From the NCBI GenBank assembly GCA_051294375.1, contig CM119263.1, forward strand, positions 19,330,625 to 19,394,624: 64,000 nt of DNA, written 5' to 3'. The DNA comes from Paraspadella gotoi. Lineage: Eukaryota; Animalia; Chaetognatha. The position numbers and the translations under genes are program-made. Under the pieces are notes generated by a model, which ran no database searches, was not told where the DNA came from, and saw only the letters and a program-made list of their open reading frames with translations. Below, one piece after another: positions 53,401 through 64,000 of the stretch; position 1 is the stretch's first letter, and each line of letters opens with the position of its first letter.

Positions 53401-54255
53401 CGGGTCCTCAAACCCGACCGCCTACAACCCGTCGGTCCCGTCTTTTCGGCCGGCGCCCGGTTTCGCGGCGCCGGCGACTACGACGTCGTCTTTCAGCTCC
53501 GTCAGCATCCTCCCTAGCACTTCGTCCGCCTCCAGCCTCGGCCTTTCTGCCAACTCAACGGCCGCCTTGGCCTCGCCCCCGAGCGCGACCGCAGCGCCGG
53601 CATCAGCCTTACCTCAGTCGGCGCTTCAGCTTCAACAAGCTTTGGGTGAGTTGTTTCGGCCAGAAATCAGGATTAGATTAGGTGAGAGACTTAAGTCATA
53701 ACATGTTTAGTGAAAAATGTCTTAATTGTTCTGCTTAGGCTATCCAAGCTATGGTTCCCAATCCACAACGGTCAACCCGTACAACGTCTATGGAGGCCAG
53801 TCGAGCGGCGGTGCGAATGCAGCCTCCGTCGGCTCCGCCTCCCCTTACGGATCCTACGGTGTCCAGGGATCCAAGTTGACGCTGACACCGGACGTGTCGA
53901 CGGACGCCACCACGGCGTCACTTTATGGCGACCCTTCCGTCGTCGCTGGCATCGCCCAAATGCCGTTAGCGCCGCTGCAGAACCAAGTATCAAGCGCCAA
54001 TAACCTGACTAACAGCGCATCGCTGGACTCTGTCAACTCGGGTAAGCGATACGGGAGATGAATTATACTTTATAAAGTAAGAATTTTTACTTAACTCTTT
54101 TGGTTCACCCGACTAATTTCTCTTCCCCCAATATCAAGTTTGACTTCCTCAGCTTGCCCCTTTTCCATTTGTCTTCTTTTCTCCTCTTTCCGCGAATCCG
54201 AAAGTTCCAAACAAAGAAAATCCGTTTCGCTCTTCTTTGTTCGCGAAGCGCTTGC

Positions 54256-54294
<39 letters not shown>

Positions 54295-54435
54295 TGCGCT
54301 CGCGGCCTTTAATCAATTCAGGCGAGCATTCAGCTTTTCGCGCATCATGGTTTTTTCTTTCACCATCCTCCTACCCACATGACTCTTTTTCCACTCCCCC
54401 CTTTTCATCTTCTCCATTCGCGACGCGTCGTTTCT

Positions 54436-54470
<35 letters not shown>

Positions 54471-56203
54471 GCGCTGAGTCAGCGCCTTGAACCTCTGCCA
54501 ATGGCAGCGAGCGTCGATCAGACTTTCTTTGTTCTTCGAAAAGCGTGAGATGACGCTCTCCCTCCCTCTCCGACTCTATTCTTACCCTCCCTCCCTCCTG
54601 TGCAACTATGCAACTATGCCACAAAGAGGATTTCTTAGGCAAAGTCTGCCTTCCGATTCCATTAGCTGCAATCCTTTTCGGAAGAAGTTTTATCCGATTC
54701 CACATCGAGGCGGCCTCTCCGATTTTTTCTCCGCCTCCTTATCTTGTTAACTCCATATCTTTTCGTTCATCCATCTCTTTCCTTTTTTTCGCCCTTTCCC
54801 CATTTCCCCATTTCCATCTCTGTTCTTTTTTTACTCAGCGATCGGTTCGCTTCTGCAGATCCGAATCCACTTCGTGTTTTCTTTGTTTGGGTCGCTCCGC
54901 TGTTAGAGCAGCTGCGGCTGCTTTTCCTCTTCCTCTTCTTTCCTCCTCAGCAGCTGCGACTGAAGCGTTCGAGTCTCGTCTGTTACTCATCGGTTTCTTT
55001 TTTTGTCTTTTTATTGCCCCATAGGTTTAGGTGCTGCGACTGCTAATGCTGCTGCCGCCACTGCAGTTTCCGCGTCGTCATCGTCGCTGCAGCAGCAGCA
55101 GCAGCTGATAGGAGATGCGTCGGCGGCTACGTCGTCGTCAGCGACTCCCGCCACAACGACCACGGCGTCGGTAGTCGGCGGCGGTCCCGGCGGCGGGGTG
55201 GGAAGCGCGCTGCCGATAAGTTCGACGGCGTCATCGTCGGGCCTCTCTTCAGCGCTCGGTTTTGGCACGACGATCAGCGCTGGCGCCTCCAAAGCGCCAC
55301 CCAACCTGCAAATGCAAATCATGAACCATCAGTATCTCATGGGCCACGGCATGCCGCAGTTCGCCTACGTGAGTTCCGCGCTTCTTTTTCTTGTTTGCGC
55401 GGGAAGAAAAGATCACGCAGCAAAATGAGTTATGATGGAAAGAAAAGATGAACGAATGAATGAACTTTATTTATTAGCACTAACTGTTAGGAATCAGGAA
55501 AATATAATGATATTTAAAAACTAGTAAAACTATTTTAAGGGCCACCCCCCAAATTTTTCTTTCCCCTCGCTTTTTCAACAGGGCTTACCTCAACAACCCA
55601 TGGCTCCCGCATATGGCTACGAGGACATTTCCATGATGCCACAGCGATTTCCAATGGTGAGTCACCGTCCTGAGTAAATAAGTTTGGATGGATAGAGAGG
55701 ATTTTTTTTTTTTTTTTTTTGGTGAAGGTTTCTGCTTCTCTTTTGAGCTTACATGTACCAGTTTTAAAATTGCACATGTATTCTTCATTGTAATCATCTG
55801 AGCACGATTGTATCAATCTGCCTCTGTCAATCAAATTATTAAGTTTCGATTATTTGTATTTTATTATATCCGACGTAGTTATTCGTTTCAGCAAATAAAC
55901 TCTTGGGTCGCTCATGATTAAATTTGATCAATAATCTCTCCGTGCTTTCATGCTTCTATCGGGTTTCTTCCTGTTTCACGCTTAATCTTGCAAATTTTTT
56001 TGGTCCCTTCTCATCCCTCGATCGATGTGCGTCATCTTTTTAAAACACGAACACCCCCTCCCCTTTTGTTCTCCCTTCGGCCCTCGTTCCGCCCGTCGCC
56101 CATTCTCCTATGGACGCCAACTTCTTTTGTTTCTTTTTTTCGTCCGCATCTGATGTGTCGATGAATCTCTCTCCCATCTGTCGTTCTCCACGCTTAATCT
56201 CTT

Positions 56204-56268
<65 letters not shown>

Positions 56269-57763
56269 CTCTTTCTCTCTTTCTCTCTTTCTCTCTTTTT
56301 TCTGCTATGCCTGACTCCATCACGAACTTCCGTCATTGCTATCTGCTACACGAAACTTATCGCTCTATTCTTCGAATCTTTCCCTTTTCCACCTCTTTTT
56401 ATCTTCATCTTAAAATCAAATTAGCCGAGCTACTATACCGATCTTCAGTTCCAACCGTCGACCACGATTCACGCGCACTTGGCGGCGACACAAGGGAGAA
56501 CCCCCAACGGAACTACGACGCCGGGGGCCGGCGGCGCTGCGGGATCTGCGTCGTCGGGCGGCCCCTCAGGTGGGGGGACGGGACAAGCGACGCCAGGAGT
56601 GCCAACTTCAAACACCGACGCCAGTGGCGGATCTGCCTCAATTTATGCCAGTTCCAGCGGCGTCGGTCAGTCGAGCACCGACAGATTCTCGACGCGCAAT
56701 GGAGACGACGCTTCACCGGCACCGACAGTTGCTATCTCGACGGCGCCATCGGGGGCTGGTGGCGTCACTACACCGACGCAACCCTTCATCAACACAGCCC
56801 TCCCCCCGGGTTACGCTCATGCATACGGCGCTACGGCGTTCCCGACCTACATGATGCCGCAGTACGGACAATACGCGGCCCCGATGTATCCCGCCGTAAG
56901 TTTGGGTGAATCTATCTATCATAAAAATTTATCTTCTTTAAACCTTTTGCTAATCTTTGGCTCCCTAGATGCCTCCGGTTACGAACAATCATTCCGCTTC
57001 CGGTTATGGAAAAAGCTTCTCGGCGGGCGCGTCTTTTGCGACCGGCGCCGGACGCTACGATCACGGCGACAGCCTTTCTAGCGGCGACTATAAATCTGCC
57101 TATGGCACTTCTGGGTCACTATCCACCTCGGCTGGGAAATTGTCATGTAAGTTGACCTGATAATTGTCATGTAAGTTGACCTGGAAATTCCAGCCATATA
57201 GCTATGTTAACGTTAATTTTTCCAGCATCTTCTGTGAATTCCACGGTCGGCGATTCTCTTAGCGGCGGTTCCTCTGCCTACGCCTCCTCGGCGGCGACGG
57301 GTCAATCCTCCTCCAAGACCTCGCTTCAAATTCAACAGCAGTCGGCAGGGGGTTTTGGTTCGGACGGCGGTAAGGTGGCGGCCGTGGCGGGCCAGGCCTA
57401 CCACCACCCGCACCACGCTGCCAACACTCCGCCGCCCCCGAGCGCTATGGCCTATCTGGCAGGGCTGGCGGCCGCTGGCGGGCAGACGCTGGGCGGGGCG
57501 CCCGTGGCGGCGCCGCAGGCCTCCGCTTATCCGTCTTACCTTCCGACGATGATGCATCAGCCGACGGCGGGGCATCACTTACTCCAGCAGCTGCAGCAGG
57601 TCAGACCAAGTTAATATTAATAAATTTGATTCATGGTCGATTATATTTCGATAAATAATTTATTATTTAATTTTATAAGGATACGACTCGTTCAACGCCG
57701 AATCAGACGAAGATGTCCGCCGTCAAGCCGTCTGCTTACGGTTATAACTGGAATTCTAGCTAA
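38464..57763 (+). CDS. UBAP2L: UBAP2/UBAP2L (lingerer) stress-granule protein, multi-exon, with a 10.5-kb intron 38724-49256
   Basis: Q|ATTEQIRIAQLI; UBA domain (IVVALHDANGDTERAITYLLE..W); RGG region; SIDTW; WTGSLAESTVFTSS; PPPSTKIPSSAVEMPG..LELQFGALEFG; KAPPN; YGYEDI..QR.P; DRFSTRNGDDASPAP; QPFINTALPPGY; ends AYGYNWNSS*. Confidence 0.93.
38968..39533. mobile_element. Degenerate non-autonomous DNA transposon/MITE with long terminal inverted repeats
   Basis: Inverted blocks ttcttgcaaagtttctcattccaa / ttggaatgagaaactttgcaagaa, accacttccggtt / aaccggaagtggt and ctcccagaaatatc / gatatttttgggag. Confidence 0.75.
39905..40760 (+). mobile_element. Penelope-like element with about 170-bp inverted repeats carrying hammerhead motifs, plus the family 3' tail
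   Basis: 39905-40077 is inverted relative to 40562-40725. Minus-strand arm: aaatg-CTGATGA-a-GACTC gaacccaaa GAGTC-GAAAC AT GTC-ccttt. The plus arm lacks GAGTCGAAACATGT. Tail: ACAACGAAAAAGAAAGGATTATCACA. Confidence 0.78.
42105..46935. repeat. Tandem duplication of about 2.3 kb across an N-gap, probably an assembly artefact
   Basis: 43346-44433 is nearly identical to 45911-46935 apart from homopolymer indels. Blocks from 42110-43110 recur degraded at 44460-45555. Confidence 0.8.
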
Positions 57764-60750
57764 AAGTGGGAAGCGCGTCTATCATAGCAAGATATTTTCC
57801 ACGAGGAAAAACCAGATAAACTTGAAAAAATATAACTATAAAACGATTACGAAACATGTCATTACGGAACCAAAATAATACCAGAAAACAAACTCGGCTT
57901 TTTGAAAAGCAAATTTCACTTTAAATAACAACAAAAAGAGCCACGTGCGCGTATGTGTTAGTTCTATCGTTTTTTCCCCGCCTCATTGAAAATTTTTTTT
58001 TTCGTTCCTAAACGACTTTTCTTTCTCCTTCGGGGCCGGTAGCCGCACATTCCAAGCTCCCCATAGAGACTATTCTGTCCCGATGGCGGGAAAATTCAAA
58101 GCTAAAACACAAAAAATACGAATCCTTTTGTCACTCTATTTCTATCTCAGTGTGTTTATATACAGTGTAATGTCGTGCAGGCTCTACTCTTGTCGTCCCT
58201 CTTTATTCAAATTTACAATAAAAAAACTAATAACCGCAGTGATGTTTAAATGCTAGATACGTTGCTGTGCGGTAAGTTTTTTTCGCCGATATGAAATCAG
58301 AAAAGCTTCTTTTATTATTTTTTTCCCCCTTTTTTGTTTTAAGTTTACTCAGCTTTTGTTAGTGTGCGCCGTAATCAGTCTTCAAACGTAAAAAAAAAAT
58401 CACTTTGATGTTGTTGTAAACCTAAGCTTTTTTATCCAGATTTTACGTCGCGAATCAAAAGCAATTCGCGGCGGCGCAGTGTCTTTCCCTGCACTCTTTC
58501 TTTGTGCATGATGATTATATATATTCATGCCTAGTCGGGCATCGTTTCTTTTTTCTCTCTATCTCTAACGTTTGTTAAATAAAAGTTATTATAACAATGT
58601 CTTTATACGCTGGTCATTGCAGTATAGGTTTTATTCTCACTTCGTCGTGGCGCGTTTTTATGTATGTAGATCATTTTCCTCGCATAATTGCCTCGATGAA
58701 ACAGAAACCAGGATTATATGGTAAATATCCTTTAGAAGACAGTTTAGAAAGAAAAGACCAGTTTTACCCCTGAATGTTACGGCTTTTTAAATAGATTTTA
58801 GATCAGACTTTGAAATCAAATTTGTTTGTACGAAAAAGATTTTTTCACCAATCGCAAAGCCGCACTTTTCAATTCAACACTAAATTATCCTCATCTATTT
58901 GCCATAGTTACTAGAATAGCTTATGTTCATACATCTTTGCTTAATCCCGTCGAAAAAGAAAGGACTGATTCCGAACGCAGATCCCTAACTCCGTAAATAA
59001 ATTAATCAAATATTTGCACGTATCATAGAAAAATACACTTTGTACAAGGATAAAATGCGAACGCTAATAGTGTTCACGCCACCGGTGATCGTTTTCATTC
59101 ATGATTCCTTTCGTACCAACACGGCCGTTGGGGACGGAATTCTCAGCCGTCTCACGCTCGTGCGGAGGCCCCCTTCCCCCCCCCCCACAAAAAAGAAGCG
59201 AGCGTAGATCCTTTTCATTTTCCTTCCTCCATCTTTCTTTCTCAGCAAATTTAATGGGGGTTTTTGTGCTTACGTGTAGAATCATTTCTCAATCAATCCC
59301 CATTTTAGATGGTTTATTCTCATGAACAGCAGTTGTAGTAATTCTTGACTAAATGTTTGTGTTATCTACTCTGTAATACTATCATCATCATTATTATTAC
59401 AAAGATTAAAATAAAATAATGCATTAGAACCCTTTTTGAGCTAAACAAATCTTTGGTTTTATTTTTTTTTGTTTCCGATTCATCAGACAAAATTTATTCA
59501 CAACACATCTCGGTCGTTCGTCTGTATTAACTTTGGAATGTCGCGTCCCGTAGACGTTTTTAGAAGACTGACAAAAATTATTCATTTTCACTTCCACAAT
59601 TCTCAATTGTTTGTCCTCAATCTTCTTACCCTCCAGACTGAATTTGCAGGTTCGAACGATACCCGTTACCGCGACCATTGGTTTCGAGACGTGTTTCGTT
59701 ATGGATACCTGGATATCTTTTGAGAGCTTTTTTAAAATTTTTTTCTAAATCTTTAGCCCGATTTTATTTTTGCAGACGTTTTTTGTGCCTTATTTCAGTT
59801 ATGACGACAAAAGACGACGCAGCATTTCCATTATTCGCTCTCGAACGATTTTGGTTTTTGAATTATCCCCACCCTCCTTTGTGCTCGATCTTCTTTAATC
59901 ATTCTCTAAAAAATCATCGACCGACCATGAACGGCTTTGGTAACGTTTCGTATTTAGTTCAAACCCCTTTTATCTCACTCTAGGGCAACAAAAAACAATC
60001 CTTGGTTATACATCTAAATCCTTGGTAATATTTACAGAAAATAAAACACGAATTTCCCAAATGATATTTACGGCTTTTTTCTTTTTGTTTGTGTTTCTTT
60101 TCGATGCGCCGCAACGTCCTATCGCAAGCCGAAGATAGAATACGCGAAATGTAACAAAAGCGTTAACTTTATTTGGTACCTAGTTCCTATTTGAAGAGAC
60201 GTTGTTGTGGATCTGATAAAGACAATGTTGTATGATTTAAGTATATTTGTTATAAATATTACTACAAGCCATGTGAAATAAACTTCATATAAATGGTCCC
60301 GTTTTCGTAACTACATTAACGCTTAGTTCGTTAAAAAATTGCTATAAGTTAAGGTGCAATTAAAAAAGACGTAAAAAGATTTAAAATAGGTAGTTAGTAG
60401 GATAAGCAGATTAAAATTCAAATGACTAATAAAAGCCAAATGGCAAAAAAAATAAAATTAACTATCTGATAATCTACCGATTGAACATCGAAATCTTAGT
60501 AAATTTGCTTCCGTGGGTAAAGTTTTTTAATTCAATTAACAAATCAAGGAATATACATGTAAGTTTAACTTTAACATGTGCTTGTCAGGGTGAAATTTGC
60601 TGAAGCAGACAAATGTCATTAGCTAGACCGTCGGTAAATGATGTAAGCCTTTTACTACAATATCATGAATATTTACAAGACTTTTCAGCTTTAAGGTAAT
60701 TAAACGCATAGCTGTGCAAGTTGAGAAAGACTTGCACTTCCGCCTGAAGT

Positions 60751-62487
60751 TCAGGGATTTCCAGACGTAGACAAAGTAAAATCGACCGAAAAGTTATTAT
60801 TCACTCTTCCGAAAACACTAAAATTGCTGTAGTTAAATTTTAGGATTTTAAATCTTATATTGTCCAAATAGATGGAGCCAAATAGTCTGTAAAACTTTTT
60901 TCCCAATTGACGGTCGATGGCGTTGATAGAATCGAGCAGAAGTGGCGCCTCTGCTGCAGGAAGGTATCGCCCGTTCGATAAGGCGAAAGCGTCATACTCT
61001 TGTTGATAATTTTCCAAAAGTGGCAGCAACTTAATGGAGGATTGGTAATCGACAAACGTTGAGCCAAAGACGTAATTTCTCCAGTTCATAAAGATCGCGA
61101 CGTGACGAGTAGAGTGGCTGAAATTACGGACGATTTTGTAAGTTTCGTCCGGAGTCAGATAATCGAGGCAATTTGACCAATGGACCAAGTTTGGTTCTTC
61201 TTTTGCAAGGTTTTTTATTAATCTTTCGTTTTTGGTAGAAATCTCTTCACACATGAATTGGCATGTAATTTGGCCATTTTTGAGACGACGCTTTAATGCT
61301 GTAGCCTTGTCAATCAGCTTTCGTTCAAATGCAGCAAGAACAGTGTCGTCGTCGTCGAGCTGAAGGCTAGCTGCAATCGTATCGTAAATGTTTTCATTGT
61401 CGAACCGTGTCATTGAATACGGTTTTGTTACGTCCCCTGACGTTACATTTCCTGATTCAGCAGAGCTTTCAGAAATGAAGACGGCCCCAACTGAGAGATA
61501 GCGAGCATATTCTATGCGATCCTTCTTGCGAGCTAAAAAAGACATTTGAGTCAAAACGCCATTCCTGTCAGTGCCAAATAGTTGTTTCCTTCGCCATTGA
61601 GATATGCCTTCTTCCGGTAAAAGATTAAGGTCCAGCCACATACGCAAAATAGAATATAGTTTGGAATCTTGCATGTACTTTAAAGCCATCTTAGCACAGC
61701 ACATGCGAAATTCTAACAACGTTTGTTTTTCCCACACGGAAGAAAACATGACTTGCAGGATGCTTTTTGAGCGGCAATTTTCCATCATCATTGAATGAAC
61801 GACTATGCTTTTTGCAACGCAAACAGGGGACATGTCGACAGCTATCAGTTTGAACGGAGTACCGGATGATTCTGTTGGTGGATCTTCCATCGTGGTCATA
61901 ATTAACTGGTGGAGATCCTGAAATCCTATCATAATCATAGTTTCCCCCATTCGTAACGGAATTTCCTCGATAGAATTGTTGCGCATGGTATGAAACCGGG
62001 AGTCACCGACAGCATAACGATCCCGAACCCAAGGTCCGACGTCCCCAATGGATGGACCATTTTCTATAAATGACGCAAAAGCCGGATCTAAAAGTTTATT
62101 GCGCCAACGTCTCATAGAATTTATGCCACACCGTTCAGAATCGATTTGCACACTTGCCAGTAAGTGATAACTTGGCAACACCTGATTTAAGCTTTTACGA
62201 CAGCGGGAGAGATTTTGGAAGTGTTCATTGTCCCGAGGATGAGCCTTCTTGTATTCTTCGTCGAACTCGAAAATTTTTTTATTTTTCAAATTGTCAAAGA
62301 CCGAATCAAGCGATACCGGATGGGTTGCAGCCCTGCAATCATTCTTGTGACGCTTTTTCCAATCTTGGCTCTGGCACTCCTTGTCGCAGTATTTCACCGA
62401 TTTGCAACGAGCGCAACTTAACAGTCGAGTCGGTTCGACAACTTTTAAGCAACTTTCATTGGCACATTGGTCGAGGTTTATCTCCAT
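60751..62487 (-). CDS. Intronless MYND zinc-finger protein with a large uncharacterised C-terminal domain (578 aa)
   Basis: CANESC..CARCKSVKYCDKECQSQDWKKRHKNDC fits the zf-MYND pattern; uninterrupted 1737-bp ORF. Confidence 0.88.
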   Translation of the reverse strand: MEINLDQCANESCLKVVEPTRLLSCARCKSVKYCDKECQSQDWKKRHKNDCRAATHPVSLDSVFDNLKNKKIFEFDEEYKKAHPRDNEHFQNLSRCRKSLNQVLPSYHLLASVQIDSERCGINSMRRWRNKLLDPAFASFIENGPSIGDVGPWVRDRYAVGDSRFHTMRNNSIEEIPLRMGETMIMIGFQDLHQLIMTTMEDPPTESSGTPFKLIAVDMSPVCVAKSIVVHSMMMENCRSKSILQVMFSSVWEKQTLLEFRMCCAKMALKYMQDSKLYSILRMWLDLNLLPEEGISQWRRKQLFGTDRNGVLTQMSFLARKKDRIEYARYLSVGAVFISESSAESGNVTSGDVTKPYSMTRFDNENIYDTIAASLQLDDDDTVLAAFERKLIDKATALKRRLKNGQITCQFMCEEISTKNERLIKNLAKEEPNLVHWSNCLDYLTPDETYKIVRNFSHSTRHVAIFMNWRNYVFGSTFVDYQSSIKLLPLLENYQQEYDAFALSNGRYLPAAEAPLLLDSINAIDRQLGKKFYRLFGSIYLDNIRFKILKFNYSNFSVFGRVNNNFSVDFTLSTSGNP

Positions 62488-63112
62488 TTTTATCTTCGAG
62501 AGTTATAATGAAAACAAAAAGTTTGAATTTTTAGATCCTTAGGGTAAGAATAAAACATGACATGACACATAAGACAAAATAAAAAAGTACAAAGCGATTA
62601 AATACGAGTCCAAAAAGCTAAGGCCTGAGTTTAATTATTAGTGTTACAATCACGATTATTTTTTTCATAAATGAAATGAAATCAATTAGCTCGAATAAAA
62701 TTTGTTTTAATTTGTAGTTATTTAATAGAAAATACGACAAAACCACAATAACCACATGAATATAATACATCTATTGGGGAAAAGAAAAGTTTATTAGATT
62801 TTTTTCCTTTTCTTTAACTGAGAAGCAATCACAGAAAAACTGATCCGATTAAAAGCATATTATATCAGCTTTAAACTAGCCTGAGAATCAATTCATGTCT
62901 TCTATTTAAACGTATTATTTATCAAATATTTAAATAAATAGTCCAGCAAAACCAAAGCAAATGGTTGGAAGATCAAATGCAAGTAGAAAATTTTAAAAAA
63001 AGGGTTTAAAATTCAAATAAATTAGCTATTCATAATGATTATTGGTAAATAATCAGAATCATCTATTAAAATATATAGCAGCTGAAATTATATTTAATTG
63101 AACTTTCAGTTT

Positions 63113-63145
63113 ACAGTCCTGTGCAAAAATAAGAGGACACCCAAA
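63113..63145 (+). mobile_element. Possible Tc1/mariner-type terminus
   Basis: TA-CAGTCCTGTGCAAAAATAAGAGGACACC resembles Tc1-like TIR starts. No partner found in the window. Confidence 0.3.
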
Positions 63146-64000
63146 AACATTGTACAAATAAATCAGAACTCTTTTCCGAAAGTACCCCCTTTTCTCTTCG
63201 TTTTTTGTTTTATTTTTTCATTTTTACCAACCTGGGATAGGGGGGGTTTTGGGTTATGGGTGGTTTCGGGTTAGGAGTGGTTAGAGTTTAGGGTTAGGGT
63301 AAATAGGTAATATTTTTTTATAATTTGTTTTAAAAATAAATATTTTTAAATGTTTTTTTCAAAAGACGCCAAAATCGGCGAAAGTAAAATTTTGCCGGCG
63401 GGGTCAGGGGGGCGAGTCGGCGGTGGCGTCGCCTGCGGAGGCGATGGTGATCGAATCCACAAATTAAAGAAGCTTGAATTTACATTTAATATAAAAATAA
63501 AAAACATAACTAAACATTACAAATTTATTTTTTGTTTTTTCCTTTAAACTCATTTCCACTCGGACGATTCAATCGAAACTTTTTTCCAGCTCAATCACAC
63601 ACTTTCCTACCCACATACAGAATTTTAAGTCAATCGCCCCATCCATGGACGGACGAACAACATAACATAACAACATAATTAATCATTATGATTATTCGAT
63701 GTTCTGACATGATCTAAGTGAATGATCGACAAGATTGTGGGGGCGGACGACGGACCGACAATAAAAATTATAGAGCCGGGATATGCTGTAAGCAGATCCG
63801 GCTCATAACTTTTCTAAATACATGCATAAAACGCGCGCAATTTAACAGTGTCTTTTTTTTTCACGGGACTGTTTAGTGTATACAAGGTATATAGATATAT
63901 AAATAGATACATACTATACGTAATATCTAATAAAAATTTGAGAAAAGGTTTAGAAAACACTAAATTGATGGAAGTTTCATTAAACATTCTCTCCTAATCT

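Noticed and set aside
63250-63305. Telomeric repeat
   Set aside because: Only a few degenerate TTAGGG-like units, located internally.

Overview
AT-rich, intron-containing animal (invertebrate-like) nuclear DNA with short introns, abundant (CT/GA)n microsatellites and four N-gaps. Spliced genes reconstructed by hand, in order: Van Gogh/Strabismus (+) with an NPC2/ML gene nested antisense in an intron; an atypical calpain (-, protease core plus C2-like domain, no visible EF-hand domain) with a PGAP4-like gene nested antisense; two tandem paralogues of an unrecognised membrane protein (+); alpha-tubulin (-); ALYREF (-); SAS-6 (-) head-to-head with UBAP2/UBAP2L-lingerer (+); and an intronless MYND-finger gene (-). 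The two strongest observations are: (1) a family of small intronic elements with minimal hammerhead-ribozyme motifs, mostly as inverted pairs and sharing a 3' tail (Penelope-like architecture), in which the copy facing the host pre-mRNA is the more damaged one; (2) two hidden, frame-preserving exons that would insert a 93-aa Cys-rich module into the calpain catalytic domain. Also seen: an alpha-tubulin encoded without the C-terminal Tyr, four GC-AG introns, a candidate 12-nt microexon and a probable assembly duplication. All exon calls are manual and unverified by transcript data.
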